NCBI RefSeq assembly: GCF_028368995.1
Contig: NZ_JAQNDL010000001.1
Coordinates: forward strand, 1,504,001 to 1,568,000
Source of the DNA: Nannocystis bainbridge
Lineage (GTDB): Bacteria > Myxococcota_A > Polyangia > Nannocystales > Nannocystaceae
DNA length: 64,000 nucleotides
Reading direction: 5' to 3'
This document shows positions 37,040-47,101 of this stretch, piece after piece. Below the pieces are notes generated by a model. The model was not told where the DNA came from. It saw nothing but the letters and a program-made list of their open reading frames with translations, and searched no databases. A program made the position numbers and the translations under genes. Every line of letters begins with the position of its first letter. Position 1 is the stretch's first letter.

Positions 37040-38407
37040 ATGGCGACCAAAGAGTTCCCTGATTATTGCGAGTTGACATTCCGGACCGAGGGCGGCCACC
37101 TGCCGAGCGTCCTCAAGGCGCACTGGCCGGGAGGCGTGTCAGGTGTGACCATCGGCCCCGGATACGACATGGGCCAGCGCAGCGCCGCGTCGATCCGCAC
37201 CGACCTCGCCAACGCGGGTGTGCCCCAGACCAGCATCGACAAGTTCGTGGGTGGCGCCGGCCTGACCAGCACCTCCGCTCGCGACTGGGTGAACACGAAC
37301 GCCGACTCGATCCCCCTGCTGACCCGCGACCAGTCGATGGCCCTCTTCACCCACGTGTACCCGGTGTACGTCGGGTACACGAAGAGCATCATCCGGTCGT
37401 GGGGCGGCAACTGGGACGCTTACCCGCAAAAGATGAAAGAGGTGCTGGTCGACCTGCGATTCCGCGGCGACCTCTCCGAACGGCACAAGCCCCGCCTGTT
37501 GCCGTCGATCACGGCCGCCGACTACCCCGCATTCCGGGCGGTGATCCACGACCACAAGTACTGGGTGGACAACACCAACCTCCGGAACGCGCGGGACGGC
37601 AGCATCAATCAGCGCATCACCGCGCGCAGCGCCTGGTTGCCGGCGGAGCCGGGGACCCAGGCCGCGGCCTGGGTGTTCCCGTTCCCGGACAACGCAGGCA
37701 AGGACGTCCAGGACGGCGGCTATTACATCGGCTCGCCGTCGCTGAGCGCAGCGGCCCTGCCGAAGGCGGACGACGGCTTTTACCCGATCGGCGCGAGCGG
37801 CATCTGGCACGGCGGGATCCACTTCGACGCCGGGACCGGGACTCAGCTCAAGCAGGTCGACGGCGTCCGCTGCATCAAGGACGGCGAGGTCGTCGCATAC
37901 CTCGTCAATCAGAAGTACAAGGAGATCGCGTTCCCGGCGGAGGACAAGAAGGCGCTGTATTCGTCCGGGTTCACGTTGATCCGGCACAAGCTCGAGTGCC
38001 CGGGGGCGCCGCCCGCCCAGCCGGCCGCGCCTGCCACGACGACCCCCGCGCAGACTCCTGCGTCCGGCACGCCCACCAACCCCGCGCCCGCAACGCCAGC
38101 CCCCGCCACGCAGGCGCCCGCCAAGACCCCTCCGCCCGCTCAAAACGCGACGCCCGCCAAGCCGCCTCCGCCCGCCCAGCCGGCCGCGCCCGCCAAGCCG
38201 ACCCTGACCTTTTACAGCCTCTACATGCATCAACTCGACTACGAGGGCTATCAAAGCGACGCCCAGCGCAAGCGCCCCAAATATTGGGGGCCGGCGAAAG
38301 AATACGTGGTCGGAGAGAAGGCCAAGGATCAGCAGGAAGACGGGCCGGAGCCGGCCGAGCCGGAGCTGCTCGGGGAGTGCGACGAGATGGCCTGCTGGTC
38401 GGAGTAG
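37040..38407 (+). CDS. Pesticin-type muramidase fused to first half of M23/WHIX-like domain
   Basis: TEGG..HWPGGVSGVTIGPGYDM..EVLVDLRFRGD (pesticin C-like); GFYPIG..WHGGIHFD..VRCIKDGEVVAY..FTLIRH..FYSLYMHQ; Pro/Ala/Thr insert near 38000-38200. Confidence 0.78.
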   Translation: MATKEFPDYCELTFRTEGGHLPSVLKAHWPGGVSGVTIGPGYDMGQRSAASIRTDLANAGVPQTSIDKFVGGAGLTSTSARDWVNTNADSIPLLTRDQSMALFTHVYPVYVGYTKSIIRSWGGNWDAYPQKMKEVLVDLRFRGDLSERHKPRLLPSITAADYPAFRAVIHDHKYWVDNTNLRNARDGSINQRITARSAWLPAEPGTQAAAWVFPFPDNAGKDVQDGGYYIGSPSLSAAALPKADDGFYPIGASGIWHGGIHFDAGTGTQLKQVDGVRCIKDGEVVAYLVNQKYKEIAFPAEDKKALYSSGFTLIRHKLECPGAPPAQPAAPATTTPAQTPASGTPTNPAPATPAPATQAPAKTPPPAQNATPAKPPPPAQPAAPAKPTLTFYSLYMHQLDYEGYQSDAQRKRPKYWGPAKEYVVGEKAKDQQEDGPEPAEPELLGECDEMACWSE

Positions 38408-38614
38408 CGGCGATACGAGCGTCGCTCTCCGGCCGAGGGTCCGAGGCCCTCCCCGAAGCACCGCCTCCCGCATGACGGAGCCGAGGCCGCCGACCCGGCC
38501 GAGCGAAATCTCGGCCGATCTCGCATGAATCTTCGCCCTGTCGCCCGCCCGTGCCGGGGCGCATCCTCGGGTCATCGACGTTCCGCCTCGCGCGGACGCT
38601 CTGGAGGACACCTC

Positions 38615-39343
38615 ATGGCCCACGAACACTCCGCTCCCTCTGCTCATCCACCCGTGTCGGGCTTCGGTGCCGACCGAGCCGCGCATTACGACACCCAGGC
38701 CGCCGTCGCGCTCGCGGGCACGCAAGCGATGTACGAGCTCGGCGTCAGCGCGCTCACCAGCCAGTTGGACGGCCAGGACACCGCGTCCCTGCTATTCGTC
38801 GGGCTGGGCACGGGCGCGGAGCTGGTGCCTTATAATCGGTTCGAGGTCCCGGGCTGGCGCTTCACGGGCGTCGACCCTTCCGACGCGATGCTGGCGGTCG
38901 CCCGCGAGCGCCTGGCCGCCGAGGGGCTGCTCTCGCGCACGCACCTGCACGTCGGCGAGCTGCAAAGCCTGCCTCCCGGTCCTCCTTTCGACGGCGCGCA
39001 AATGCTGGGAGTGCTGCATCACGTGCCGGAAGCGGAGCGCCTCGCGCTGCTGCGCGAGGTGACCCGGCGGCTCAAGCCCGGCGCGCCGCTCGTCGTCGGC
39101 TGCCGCGTCGGCATGGACCCATCCCTGTGGGACGTGGAGCTGCGGCGCTGGCGTGCCCACGGGATCCCCCAGGAGGATCTGGAACGCCGGCGTCAGAGCG
39201 CGAACATGATGCACTTCATCGAGTCCGACGCCGCGCTGTTCGAGTTGTTCGCGCAGACAGACCTGGTGGCGCCGCGACCGATCTTCGTCTCGCTGCAGTT
39301 CAAGGTGTTCCTCGTGCGCTGCGAGCCGGGCGCTGCCGGCTGA
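38615..39343 (+). CDS. Class I SAM-dependent methyltransferase
   Basis: LLFVGLGTGAE, FTGVDPSDAML, RLKPGAPL; ATG 38615 after GGAGGA. Confidence 0.88.
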   Translation: MAHEHSAPSAHPPVSGFGADRAAHYDTQAAVALAGTQAMYELGVSALTSQLDGQDTASLLFVGLGTGAELVPYNRFEVPGWRFTGVDPSDAMLAVARERLAAEGLLSRTHLHVGELQSLPPGPPFDGAQMLGVLHHVPEAERLALLREVTRRLKPGAPLVVGCRVGMDPSLWDVELRRWRAHGIPQEDLERRRQSANMMHFIESDAALFELFAQTDLVAPRPIFVSLQFKVFLVRCEPGAAG

Positions 39344-39403
39344 GTCCCGGCCGCGATCGTCGCGGGCGCGCTCGCTGCCCGCCGCGACAGCGAGGCCGCG
39401 CGC

Positions 39404-39862
39404 TCATTCGACGGCCAGGTTCGAGCGCGCGTAGGAGAACACCAGCGAGGTCTCGATCCGGCTGACCTCGGGGCGGCTGGTGAACGAGCGGATGGTGAGC
39501 ACGCGCAGGTGCTCGGTGTTGCGGCACGCGACGTGGACCAGGAAATCGGTCGAGCCGCCGAGGCAATACACCGCGACCGTCTCGGGCAGCGAGCGCAGGT
39601 GGTCGCCGATGCTGTTGAAAGCCTCGCCGACGTGGAGGCGGAGCTGGACGGCGATCATGGCCTGGAGGTCGAGGCCCAGCGAGCGCGGCGCGAGCTCGGT
39701 GCGGTAGCCGGTGATCACGCCCTCGGCCTCGAGCCGGCGCACGCGCGCGAGGCACGACGACGGCGCGAGGCCGACGCTCGCGGCCAGCTCCTTGTTGGAG
39801 ATCCGTGCATCCTTCTGCAGCAGCCCGAGCAGGGCGCGATCAATTCGGTCGAGGGTCGACAT
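39404..39862 (-). CDS. Lrp/AsnC family transcriptional regulator
   Basis: LDRIDRALLGLLQKDARISNKELAASVGLAPSSCLARVRRLEAEGVITGY; C-terminal RAM domain. Confidence 0.95.
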   Translation of the reverse strand: MSTLDRIDRALLGLLQKDARISNKELAASVGLAPSSCLARVRRLEAEGVITGYRTELAPRSLGLDLQAMIAVQLRLHVGEAFNSIGDHLRSLPETVAVYCLGGSTDFLVHVACRNTEHLRVLTIRSFTSRPEVSRIETSLVFSYARSNLAVE

Positions 39863-39878
39863 CTCCGGCTCCGTTCGA

Positions 39879-39918
39879 ATTCTATTCGATAGAATACCGG
39901 GTAGTTCGAGAATATTCT
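39879..39918. promoter_or_regulatory. AT-rich inverted repeats, candidate Lrp-family operators
   Basis: ATTCTAT-tcg-ATAGAAT (39879-39895) and AGAATATTCT (39909-39918) in the short divergent spacer. Confidence 0.55.
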
Positions 39919-39927
39919 TCGGTTTCG

Positions 39928-41412
39928 ATGCTCATATCCCGACTTTTCGCCGGTCTGCTCGCCCTCGCCTCGCCTGCGGCCCCCCGGGCCGGGACGGTCT
40001 CGCTCGAACCCGCGTCGGTGACCTCCGCCGCGGGGGAGAAGATCCAGTTCGAGCTCGGCACCCTGCACGTGCTCGAGAATCGCGCTGCCGCGGACAGCCG
40101 CGTGATCGACGTCGGGTTCGCGCGGCTGCGAGCGGCGCGACCGACCCGCGCGGCGCCGATCGTGTTCTTGCCCGGCGGGCCGGGCAACAGCTACCTCGAC
40201 GCCTTCACCGACAGCGGCGAGAACTCGCGCCGCCGGCTCGAGAACTTCCGCCGCTACAGCGCCGTCGCCGACGTCATCGTGCTCGATCAGCGCGGGTTCT
40301 CGCGCCGCGGCACCACCCTGCGCCTGCCCGATGCCGTGCCCGCGCCGCTCGATCGCCCGAGCTCCATGGAGGCCGAGAGCGCGACCTATCGCGCCTTTGC
40401 GGCCGCGGCGATCGCCGCCAACCCGGATCACGATCTGTCCGGCTATCACGTGCGCGAGTGCGTCGAGGACGTCGCCGAGCTGCGCCGCGCGCTCGGCTAC
40501 GCCAAGCTCAACCTGCTCGGCGGCAGCTTCGGCTCGCAGTGGAGCTTCGCGGTCCTGCGGCTGCACCCGGAGATCGTCGAGCGCGCCGTGCTTTACGGCG
40601 TCGAGCCGCTCGACGACGGCGTCGACATGCCATCCTATTTGTTCGCCGCCTTGCAGCGCATCGCCTTCGATGGCGACCGCGCGCCGAACTTGCGGCCGTA
40701 TCTGCCGCCCGGCGGATTGATGGCCGCGGTCCGCGAGCTCCGCGACCGGTTCGCCCGTGGTCCGGTCACCGTGAAGGTCCGCGTGCCCGAGACCGGCAAG
40801 ACCGAAGCGGTGGTGCTCGGCCTCGCCGACCTGCAAAATGCGCTGCTGCCCGACGACGCCGAAACGTGGCCGGCGTTCATCCTGTCGCTGTATCACGGCC
40901 GCTACGAGGAGTGGGCGCGGGAGGAGCTGGCGCGCCGCCGCAGGTCGAAGTTCTCCTCGGTGATCTTGCCGCTGATCGATTCGGGGCTGGGCTTCAGCGC
41001 GACCCGAGCGCACCGGCTGCACAGCGATCCAGCGACCCACTACCTCGGCACGTGGAGCTTCGAGCCTCACGAGAGCTCGCGCCCGGCCTGGCCGACCCCC
41101 GATTTCGGCGACGCGCTGCGCGCCCCGGCGACGAGCGAGGTGCCGGTGCTGTTCGTCAACGGCGACTGGGACACCTCGACGCCGATCGAGAACATGCTGC
41201 AGATCGCGCCCTACTTCCCGCGCGGCCGCGTGATGATCGTGCACCGCGCCGTGCACGAGCAGCTGACCCGGATGACCCGCCACCAGCCCGAAGTCTTCGC
41301 TGCGATCCTCGAGTTCTATCGCTCGGGCGCGACCGCGAAGCTGCCGGCCGAGATTTCGCTGCCGACCCCGAACTTCGTGACGCCGTCCTTTCCTCCGCCC
41401 GCTCGCCGCTGA
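39928..41412 (+). CDS. Secreted alpha/beta hydrolase (tripeptidyl-aminopeptidase/TAP-like)
   Basis: Signal peptide; LPGGPG, LDQRG, GGSFGS nucleophile elbow, NGDWDTSTP, late His. Confidence 0.88.
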   Translation: MLISRLFAGLLALASPAAPRAGTVSLEPASVTSAAGEKIQFELGTLHVLENRAAADSRVIDVGFARLRAARPTRAAPIVFLPGGPGNSYLDAFTDSGENSRRRLENFRRYSAVADVIVLDQRGFSRRGTTLRLPDAVPAPLDRPSSMEAESATYRAFAAAAIAANPDHDLSGYHVRECVEDVAELRRALGYAKLNLLGGSFGSQWSFAVLRLHPEIVERAVLYGVEPLDDGVDMPSYLFAALQRIAFDGDRAPNLRPYLPPGGLMAAVRELRDRFARGPVTVKVRVPETGKTEAVVLGLADLQNALLPDDAETWPAFILSLYHGRYEEWAREELARRRRSKFSSVILPLIDSGLGFSATRAHRLHSDPATHYLGTWSFEPHESSRPAWPTPDFGDALRAPATSEVPVLFVNGDWDTSTPIENMLQIAPYFPRGRVMIVHRAVHEQLTRMTRHQPEVFAAILEFYRSGATAKLPAEISLPTPNFVTPSFPPPARR

Positions 41413-41581
41413 GCAGCGACTGAATGGAGGGCCGCTCCGGGCCCCTCGTCGAGACACGCGCGACGCGGACATCGACGCCAGGACCCTGACACTCGCACCA
41501 TGGGCCCGCGGAGAAACGGCCCCTACGGGCCGCCACGGGCCAGGAAACGATCTGGCATCCCCCGTGCATTCGCTGCCGGAC

Positions 41582-42709
41582 ATGACGCGCAGCCCGTCGA
41601 CTCCTCGCCTCCTCCTCGCCCTCGCGCCGCTCCTCGGCCTCGCTCCTGCCTGTGAAAAGGTCGATACCGCGCCGGGCGACACGACGAACATCGCCGGCTC
41701 CGAGGGCGACTCCGAGGCTGACACCGACCCGGCGAGCCCGCCGTCGACCACGACCACGACCAGCGCCACCGAGGGCGACGACTCCGAGGGCGCCGACTCC
41801 GAGGGCGACTCGGAGACCAGCACCACGACCGACCCCCTGCCCCCGGACGACGAGTGCCAGTTCCTCGTCGCCGACATGAGCCCCGACGAGATCCTCGCCG
41901 CCTGGACCACCTCGCAGTCGTGGGGCGGCGAGGATCGGCTCGAGTGGTGCGAGGGCGAACACTCGATGCCCTGCACCACCGCGGGGGGCGAGGAAGGCAC
42001 GTCGCTCTGCGTGGTCTCGTGGGGCGCGGAGGAGTGGACGACCTGCGCGGTCGAACACGCCTGCACCCCCGACGACGTGTTCGAAGAGGGCGAGTGCCAG
42101 GGCACCCACTGCGCCATTCTCGAGGGCGCGCTCTCGGTCGAACAGTGGTACAGCGAAGACCCGTGCTGCGGCACCGACGACCCGTGCTGCTGGACGCCGC
42201 TGGTCGTCAGCTTCGACGGCGAGCCGATCCGCTTCGAGGCCGCCGGGGCCGCGGCGTTCGACATCAGCGGCCAGGGCTCGTGCCTCAGCACCGACTGGCC
42301 GGCCCAGCCGTGGCTGGCCCTCGACCGCGACGGCGACGGGCTCATCGGCAGCGGCCGCGAGCTGTTCGGCAGCGGCACGCTCTTGACCACCGGCGTGCGC
42401 GCCAGCCATGGCTTCGAGGCGCTCGGCGAGTTCGATGTCGACCGCGACGGCAAGATCACCGCGGCCGACCCGATCTTCCACGAGCTGGTGCTCTGGTCGG
42501 ATCATAACAGCGACCGCCGCGGCGCCCTGGGCGAGCTGATGCCGGTCGCCGAGGCGGAGCTCATCGCCATCGACCTCGGGTTCGGCCGGCGTTACGACTG
42601 CGACGAGCGCGGCAACTGCGGGGTCGAGCGCTCGGCCTTCGAGTTCCGCGACGCCCTGGGTGCGGTCCGTAGCGGCCAGATCGTCGACGTCCACCTGCCG
42701 TGCCAGTGA
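41582..42709 (+). CDS. Lipoprotein with acidic linker, Cys-rich region and Ca-binding (RTX-associated/EF-like) domain
   Basis: Lipobox LAPAC; PLVVSFDG..WLALDRDGDGLIGSGRELFG..GFEALGEFDVDRDGKI. Confidence 0.78.
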   Translation: MTRSPSTPRLLLALAPLLGLAPACEKVDTAPGDTTNIAGSEGDSEADTDPASPPSTTTTTSATEGDDSEGADSEGDSETSTTTDPLPPDDECQFLVADMSPDEILAAWTTSQSWGGEDRLEWCEGEHSMPCTTAGGEEGTSLCVVSWGAEEWTTCAVEHACTPDDVFEEGECQGTHCAILEGALSVEQWYSEDPCCGTDDPCCWTPLVVSFDGEPIRFEAAGAAAFDISGQGSCLSTDWPAQPWLALDRDGDGLIGSGRELFGSGTLLTTGVRASHGFEALGEFDVDRDGKITAADPIFHELVLWSDHNSDRRGALGELMPVAEAELIAIDLGFGRRYDCDERGNCGVERSAFEFRDALGAVRSGQIVDVHLPCQ

Positions 42710-42893
42710 GTCGTTCGGCGCCGCGCCCTGCGCGGCGCCGCCGGCACGCGGCTGGAGGTGACGGCGAGCTGCAGTCCCTCGTCGCCCCCGAGAGTGACAC
42801 CGAGAGCGAGGGCGGCAGCGCGACGGAGGGCGAAGGAGCTCCGGAAGCCCATGCAGCGGGGGAGCGACTCTCCCCCGGCTCGATCGCCTTCGC

Positions 42894-43634
42894 TCAGCCG
42901 CGGTCCGTCCGCTCGCGGCCACGCTCGCCGTGCGGGCCGAAGCCGCGCTCGCCACGGGGCGCGGGCTTGAAGGCGGAAAGCTCGGCCATGCTCAAGGCGC
43001 CGTCGCTGTTGGTGTCGATCGCCGCGAACTCGCCGGCGAGCCGCGGGTGGTCGGCGACCTCGGCCAGCGACAGCGAGCCGCTGGTGTCGACATCGGCGCG
43101 GGCCATGAAGTGGGCCGCGCGCTCGGCCGGGTCACGCTTGCCGCCGCGGCCCTTCATCGCCTGCAGCTCGGTGAGCCCGAGCTTGCCGTCCTTGTCCGCG
43201 TCGAGCCCGGCGAACTTGCCCGCGAGGCGCGGATGGTCCACGAGCTCGGCGGCGCTGAGGCTGCCGTCCTTGTCGGCGTCGAACTTCTGCACGAGGTGAT
43301 TGGCGCGCTCGGCCGGGTCGCCGTGGCGCTTGCCGCCGCCGTGCTTGCCGCCGCGGCCCTTCATGGCCCGCAGCTCGTCGCGGCTGAGCTTGCCGTCCTT
43401 GTCCGCGTCGAGCTCGGCGAACTTCGCGGCGATGCGATGCCCCGCGGCCTCGGCCTGCGAGATGGCGCCGTCCTTGTCGGTGTCGAGCCGCATCGGACCG
43501 CCACGACCGCGGCGGCCCTCGCCCTCGTGGTTCGACTCGGCGGCGAGCTCGGTGGACTCGATGTCTTCGCCGTCCTCGGTGTCACAAGCGAAGAGGAGCG
43601 CGACGGGGAGCAGGATCTTGGTGATGGCGTTCAT
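42894..43634 (-). CDS. EF-hand repeat lipoprotein
   Basis: Lipobox LLFAC; six DxDxDGxL/I-type loops (DTDKDGAIS, DADKDGKLS, DTNSDGALS etc.). Confidence 0.88.
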   Translation of the reverse strand: MNAITKILLPVALLFACDTEDGEDIESTELAAESNHEGEGRRGRGGPMRLDTDKDGAISQAEAAGHRIAAKFAELDADKDGKLSRDELRAMKGRGGKHGGGKRHGDPAERANHLVQKFDADKDGSLSAAELVDHPRLAGKFAGLDADKDGKLGLTELQAMKGRGGKRDPAERAAHFMARADVDTSGSLSLAEVADHPRLAGEFAAIDTNSDGALSMAELSAFKPAPRGERGFGPHGERGRERTDRG

Positions 43635-43993
43635 GGCGGGTCTTTCCTTGCGGGGCTTTCGACCCCGGCGATGCTGGTACTATTCGTCGCCCGACCCGCC
43701 CGCGCTCGCCCGCTTACGACCCCTTTACCCGCGGTTACGCGGGCGCAAACCGGGCCCGGACGGGCAGCGCCGGATCCGCAGCCCCCTCCTTTGCGCACCC
43801 GCTCCTCACGCCTCCCCCGCAGGGTCGAACCCCTCGGCCGCGACGACGATCGCGCACCGCACTTAGATCGGCGAGGTCGTACCAGCCCGTCGCGAAGCGT
43901 CCGGTACTTCGGCGATCGACGAATCACCGCACTCGCGCGTCGCCGACGCTGTCGCCGGCGCACGCCGGGACGGCTGGACGATCGCGCGGGCAC

Positions 43994-45259
43994 GTGGTGA
44001 AGTTCGTGCGAGAGAACGATCGCTTGCTTCCGTCTCCCTTCGCGGTTTGGAGCCTGGCTTGTGGCGTCGGCCTGATCGCCGCGACCGCGCGAGCCGCCAC
44101 GGAGCCGCCGCCAGAGGGCGCGCCGGCGGCTCGCTCCTGGTGCGCGAGCACTTCGCCGCAAGCGGGCGTGGCAGCGCTCGGCCACGCCCGCAGCCGGGTG
44201 TTCTTCCTCAACTACGACGGCGTGAGCCTCGCGCAGGGCGAGCAGGACGACGCGACCACCGACACGACGATGTTCGCGGAGTTCGTCGCCGACTACGCGC
44301 CGTACGGCCTCGGCAGCAAGCGCGACGCGTCGCTGCAGGCGGTCCTGGCCGACTGGGCCGCCTACGACGTGACGATCACCGATGTCCGGCCGCAGGCCGG
44401 CGCCTACGCGATGAGCGTCAACTCGCCGACCAACCCGTTCGGCGACGGCGTGACGGGTGCGTCCGCGCTCGACTGCGACGACGGGGTCGCCAGCAGCGTC
44501 GTGCTCGCGTTCCACGGCGCAGACGACGAATTCTCGGCGGCAGCCCAGGCGACGACGATCAGCCACGAGCTCGCGCACTCCTACGGGCTCGAGCATGTGG
44601 CCGAGCCCGAGGAGATCATGAACCCGACCCTCGTCGGCGTGGACGCGAGCTTCCGCGACGAATGTCTGGCCCTGACCGGCGGCGGCCCCCTCCACTGCGA
44701 GCAGCACCGGCGCTTCTGCGACGACGGCCGGCAGAACGCGCACCAGGAGCTGCTGTGGCTGTTCGGGCCCGCCGTCGCCGACACCACGCCGCCGGTGGTG
44801 ACGATCACCAGCCCGGCGGACGGGGACGCATTCGAGGCGCCGGCGCTGGTGACGATCGTCGCCGAGGCGAGCGACGAGATCGGGCTCTCCGCGGTCACGC
44901 TGCGCATCGACGGGCTGGCGCAGGCCGGCCCCGATTCGCTGGCGCCGTATCGCTGGCTGGACCGGCCGTTCGCCGCGGGCAGCCACTGTCTCACCGTGGA
45001 GGCGCGCGATCACGGCGCCAACGTGACGGTGTCGCAGGAAGTCTGCTTCTTCGTGGACCCGGGCGAGGACGAGGGCCTTTCCACGAGCTCCGGCGCGAGC
45101 GCGACCGCAGCCGAGGACTCGGACTCGAGCGGCGACGCCCAGGAGCGCGGAGACGAAGGCTGCGGCTGCGCGGTACGCAGCAGCGCAGGGACCGCGGCAT
45201 GGCTGGTGATGCTGGCCCTGGGCGGCGTCAGGCGCCGCCGCCGAGCGCCGAGCCCCTGA
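43994..45259 (+). CDS. Matrixin-like zinc metalloprotease with Ig-like domain and MYXO-CTERM-type tail
   Basis: HELAHSYGLEH plus Met-turn IMNP; DTTPPVVTITSPADG; GCGCAV..hydrophobic..RRRRR. Confidence 0.85.
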   Translation: MVKFVRENDRLLPSPFAVWSLACGVGLIAATARAATEPPPEGAPAARSWCASTSPQAGVAALGHARSRVFFLNYDGVSLAQGEQDDATTDTTMFAEFVADYAPYGLGSKRDASLQAVLADWAAYDVTITDVRPQAGAYAMSVNSPTNPFGDGVTGASALDCDDGVASSVVLAFHGADDEFSAAAQATTISHELAHSYGLEHVAEPEEIMNPTLVGVDASFRDECLALTGGGPLHCEQHRRFCDDGRQNAHQELLWLFGPAVADTTPPVVTITSPADGDAFEAPALVTIVAEASDEIGLSAVTLRIDGLAQAGPDSLAPYRWLDRPFAAGSHCLTVEARDHGANVTVSQEVCFFVDPGEDEGLSTSSGASATAAEDSDSSGDAQERGDEGCGCAVRSSAGTAAWLVMLALGGVRRRRRAPSP

Positions 45260-45438
45260 CCGCACGCGGGTGCATGCGAGACGTCCGGGTCATCAAGGCG
45301 CCCTCCAGCCGCATGAGTTCGCTGCGACAATGAGTCGCTGTGCGACCTCTCGTTGCGCCACGCCGCCACGGGTCGGATGATGGCTCATGGGGGCTCGCAC
45401 CGACGCAGCTCCCTCGGGCGCGTATGCCCGAAAGATAT

Positions 45439-45460
45439 GACATGTCCCTTCGGACATGTC
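45439..45460. repeat. GACATGTC-N6-GACATGTC element
   Basis: GACATGTC CCTTCG GACATGTC, about 80 bp upstream of ATG 45538. Confidence 0.75.
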
Positions 45461-45537
45461 TTCGATGCGTGCCGGCTGCACGCGGCCGTCGACGGAAGCC
45501 TCGCTGTGATACTGTGCCACGGCCAGGACCACCCGAG

Positions 45538-46998
45538 ATGAACGCACGCCGAACCCTCCTCGCGCTCGCCCCACTCCTTCTGGCCATCGTCGCACCGGGC
45601 TCGGCGACGGCGTCTCCCGCGGGGCCGCGCACGCTGTTCGACCGGCCCGTCACCGAGGTCGCGGAGCCGTCCGAGCAGGAGCTCGAGGCCCGGAGGCTCG
45701 ACTTCCAGAACATGCTGGAGGCTGGCGGGCTCGAGGTTCACGGCGACGTCGTCGGTCCGGCCGAGCTGTTCGCCGAATCGCCGGCGCCGACGACGGCTCT
45801 CGGTGAATGGCAGTACCCGCCGCACCGGGCCACGATCTTCCTCAACTTCTTCGGCGGCCAGATGACGAACGGCAGCAACGCCGCGTTGATGGAGTCGACC
45901 TGCATCGTCGGCAACTTCAAGTACCCCGGGTTCCTCGGCACCGAGGCCCAGGCGCTGGCGATCATCGAGACCTTCAAGAACCTGCTCGGGCCGTACGGGA
46001 TCCGGGTCGCGTACGAAAAGGCGCCCCCGCCCGAGCTGCCGTACGCCATGGTCATGATGGGCGGCAAGCCCGGCGATATCGGCATGTCCTCCGGCATCCT
46101 CGGGGTGTCGTGCAGCAGCGACTGCGGCGATCGATGGTGGCGCGACACGACCCTCGCGTTCACCGCCGCCGCCTCGCCGAGCCAGACCAACACCCTTTCG
46201 ACGACGGCGCTGCACGAGGCCGCGCACGCGTTCGGGCTCGGCCACATCGACACCGGCTTCAACTCACCGTTCGTCATGCACCCGTACGTCGACGGCGGCG
46301 ACAAGGTCTGGGGCGACAACTGCGAGGAGTACAACGACGCCACCGGCAGCATCAATTGCCAGTCGACCCACGACGTGTGGTGCGGCGGCGGGGCGCAGAA
46401 CACCCACGCCGAGCTGCTCGCGTACTTCGGGACCAACACCCCCGACACCGAGCCGCCGACCGTCACGATCGTCTCGCCCGCCGAGGATCTGAACCTCCCG
46501 CCGGGCTCCAACGTGGACATCGAGGCCGAGATCAGCGACGACCACGACGGCGCCGGCTGGAAGATCATGATCTACAAGGACGGCGAGCTCGTCGACGATC
46601 GCCCGAGCTTCAACTTCCAGAAGACGTGGTCGCTGTCGGGCCTGCCGCAGGGCGTCTACACGGTGCGCGTGCAGGCGATCGACCACGACCGCAACATCGG
46701 CTTCGACGAGGTCGTGGTGCACGTCGGCACCCAGGCACCTGGCACGGACACGGAGTCGGACACGGCGAACGGATCGGAGACCACCTCGGAGCCGACCACT
46801 TCGAGCTCCGACGGCAGCGCAGGCGTCGATACGTCGGAGACCCAGGACTCGGACAGCGGGGCCTCGGACAGCGGGGCCGGCCAGGCCGGCGTCGATGACG
46901 ACGGATGCGCGTGCGGGGTCGACGGCTCCCGGGGCTCGACCGCGCCGCTGGTCGTGCTCGGCGCCCTGGCGCTCCGTCGCCGTCGACGGACCCGGTGA
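45538..46998 (+). CDS. Zinc metalloprotease with Ig-like domain and MYXO-CTERM-type tail (paralog of 43994)
   Basis: Signal peptide; HEAAHAFGLGH..VMHP; DTEPPTVTIVSP; GCACGV..LRRRRR. Confidence 0.86.
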   Translation: MNARRTLLALAPLLLAIVAPGSATASPAGPRTLFDRPVTEVAEPSEQELEARRLDFQNMLEAGGLEVHGDVVGPAELFAESPAPTTALGEWQYPPHRATIFLNFFGGQMTNGSNAALMESTCIVGNFKYPGFLGTEAQALAIIETFKNLLGPYGIRVAYEKAPPPELPYAMVMMGGKPGDIGMSSGILGVSCSSDCGDRWWRDTTLAFTAAASPSQTNTLSTTALHEAAHAFGLGHIDTGFNSPFVMHPYVDGGDKVWGDNCEEYNDATGSINCQSTHDVWCGGGAQNTHAELLAYFGTNTPDTEPPTVTIVSPAEDLNLPPGSNVDIEAEISDDHDGAGWKIMIYKDGELVDDRPSFNFQKTWSLSGLPQGVYTVRVQAIDHDRNIGFDEVVVHVGTQAPGTDTESDTANGSETTSEPTTSSSDGSAGVDTSETQDSDSGASDSGAGQAGVDDDGCACGVDGSRGSTAPLVVLGALALRRRRRTR

Positions 46999-47101
46999 TA
47001 CGGACCTGACCGCGCATCGTGATGCGTGGTCGGGTCGCCCCACCTCGCGCTTGGCAGCGAACACTTCCATGCCATCCGGCCAGATCGGATAGGATGGCGG
47101 C

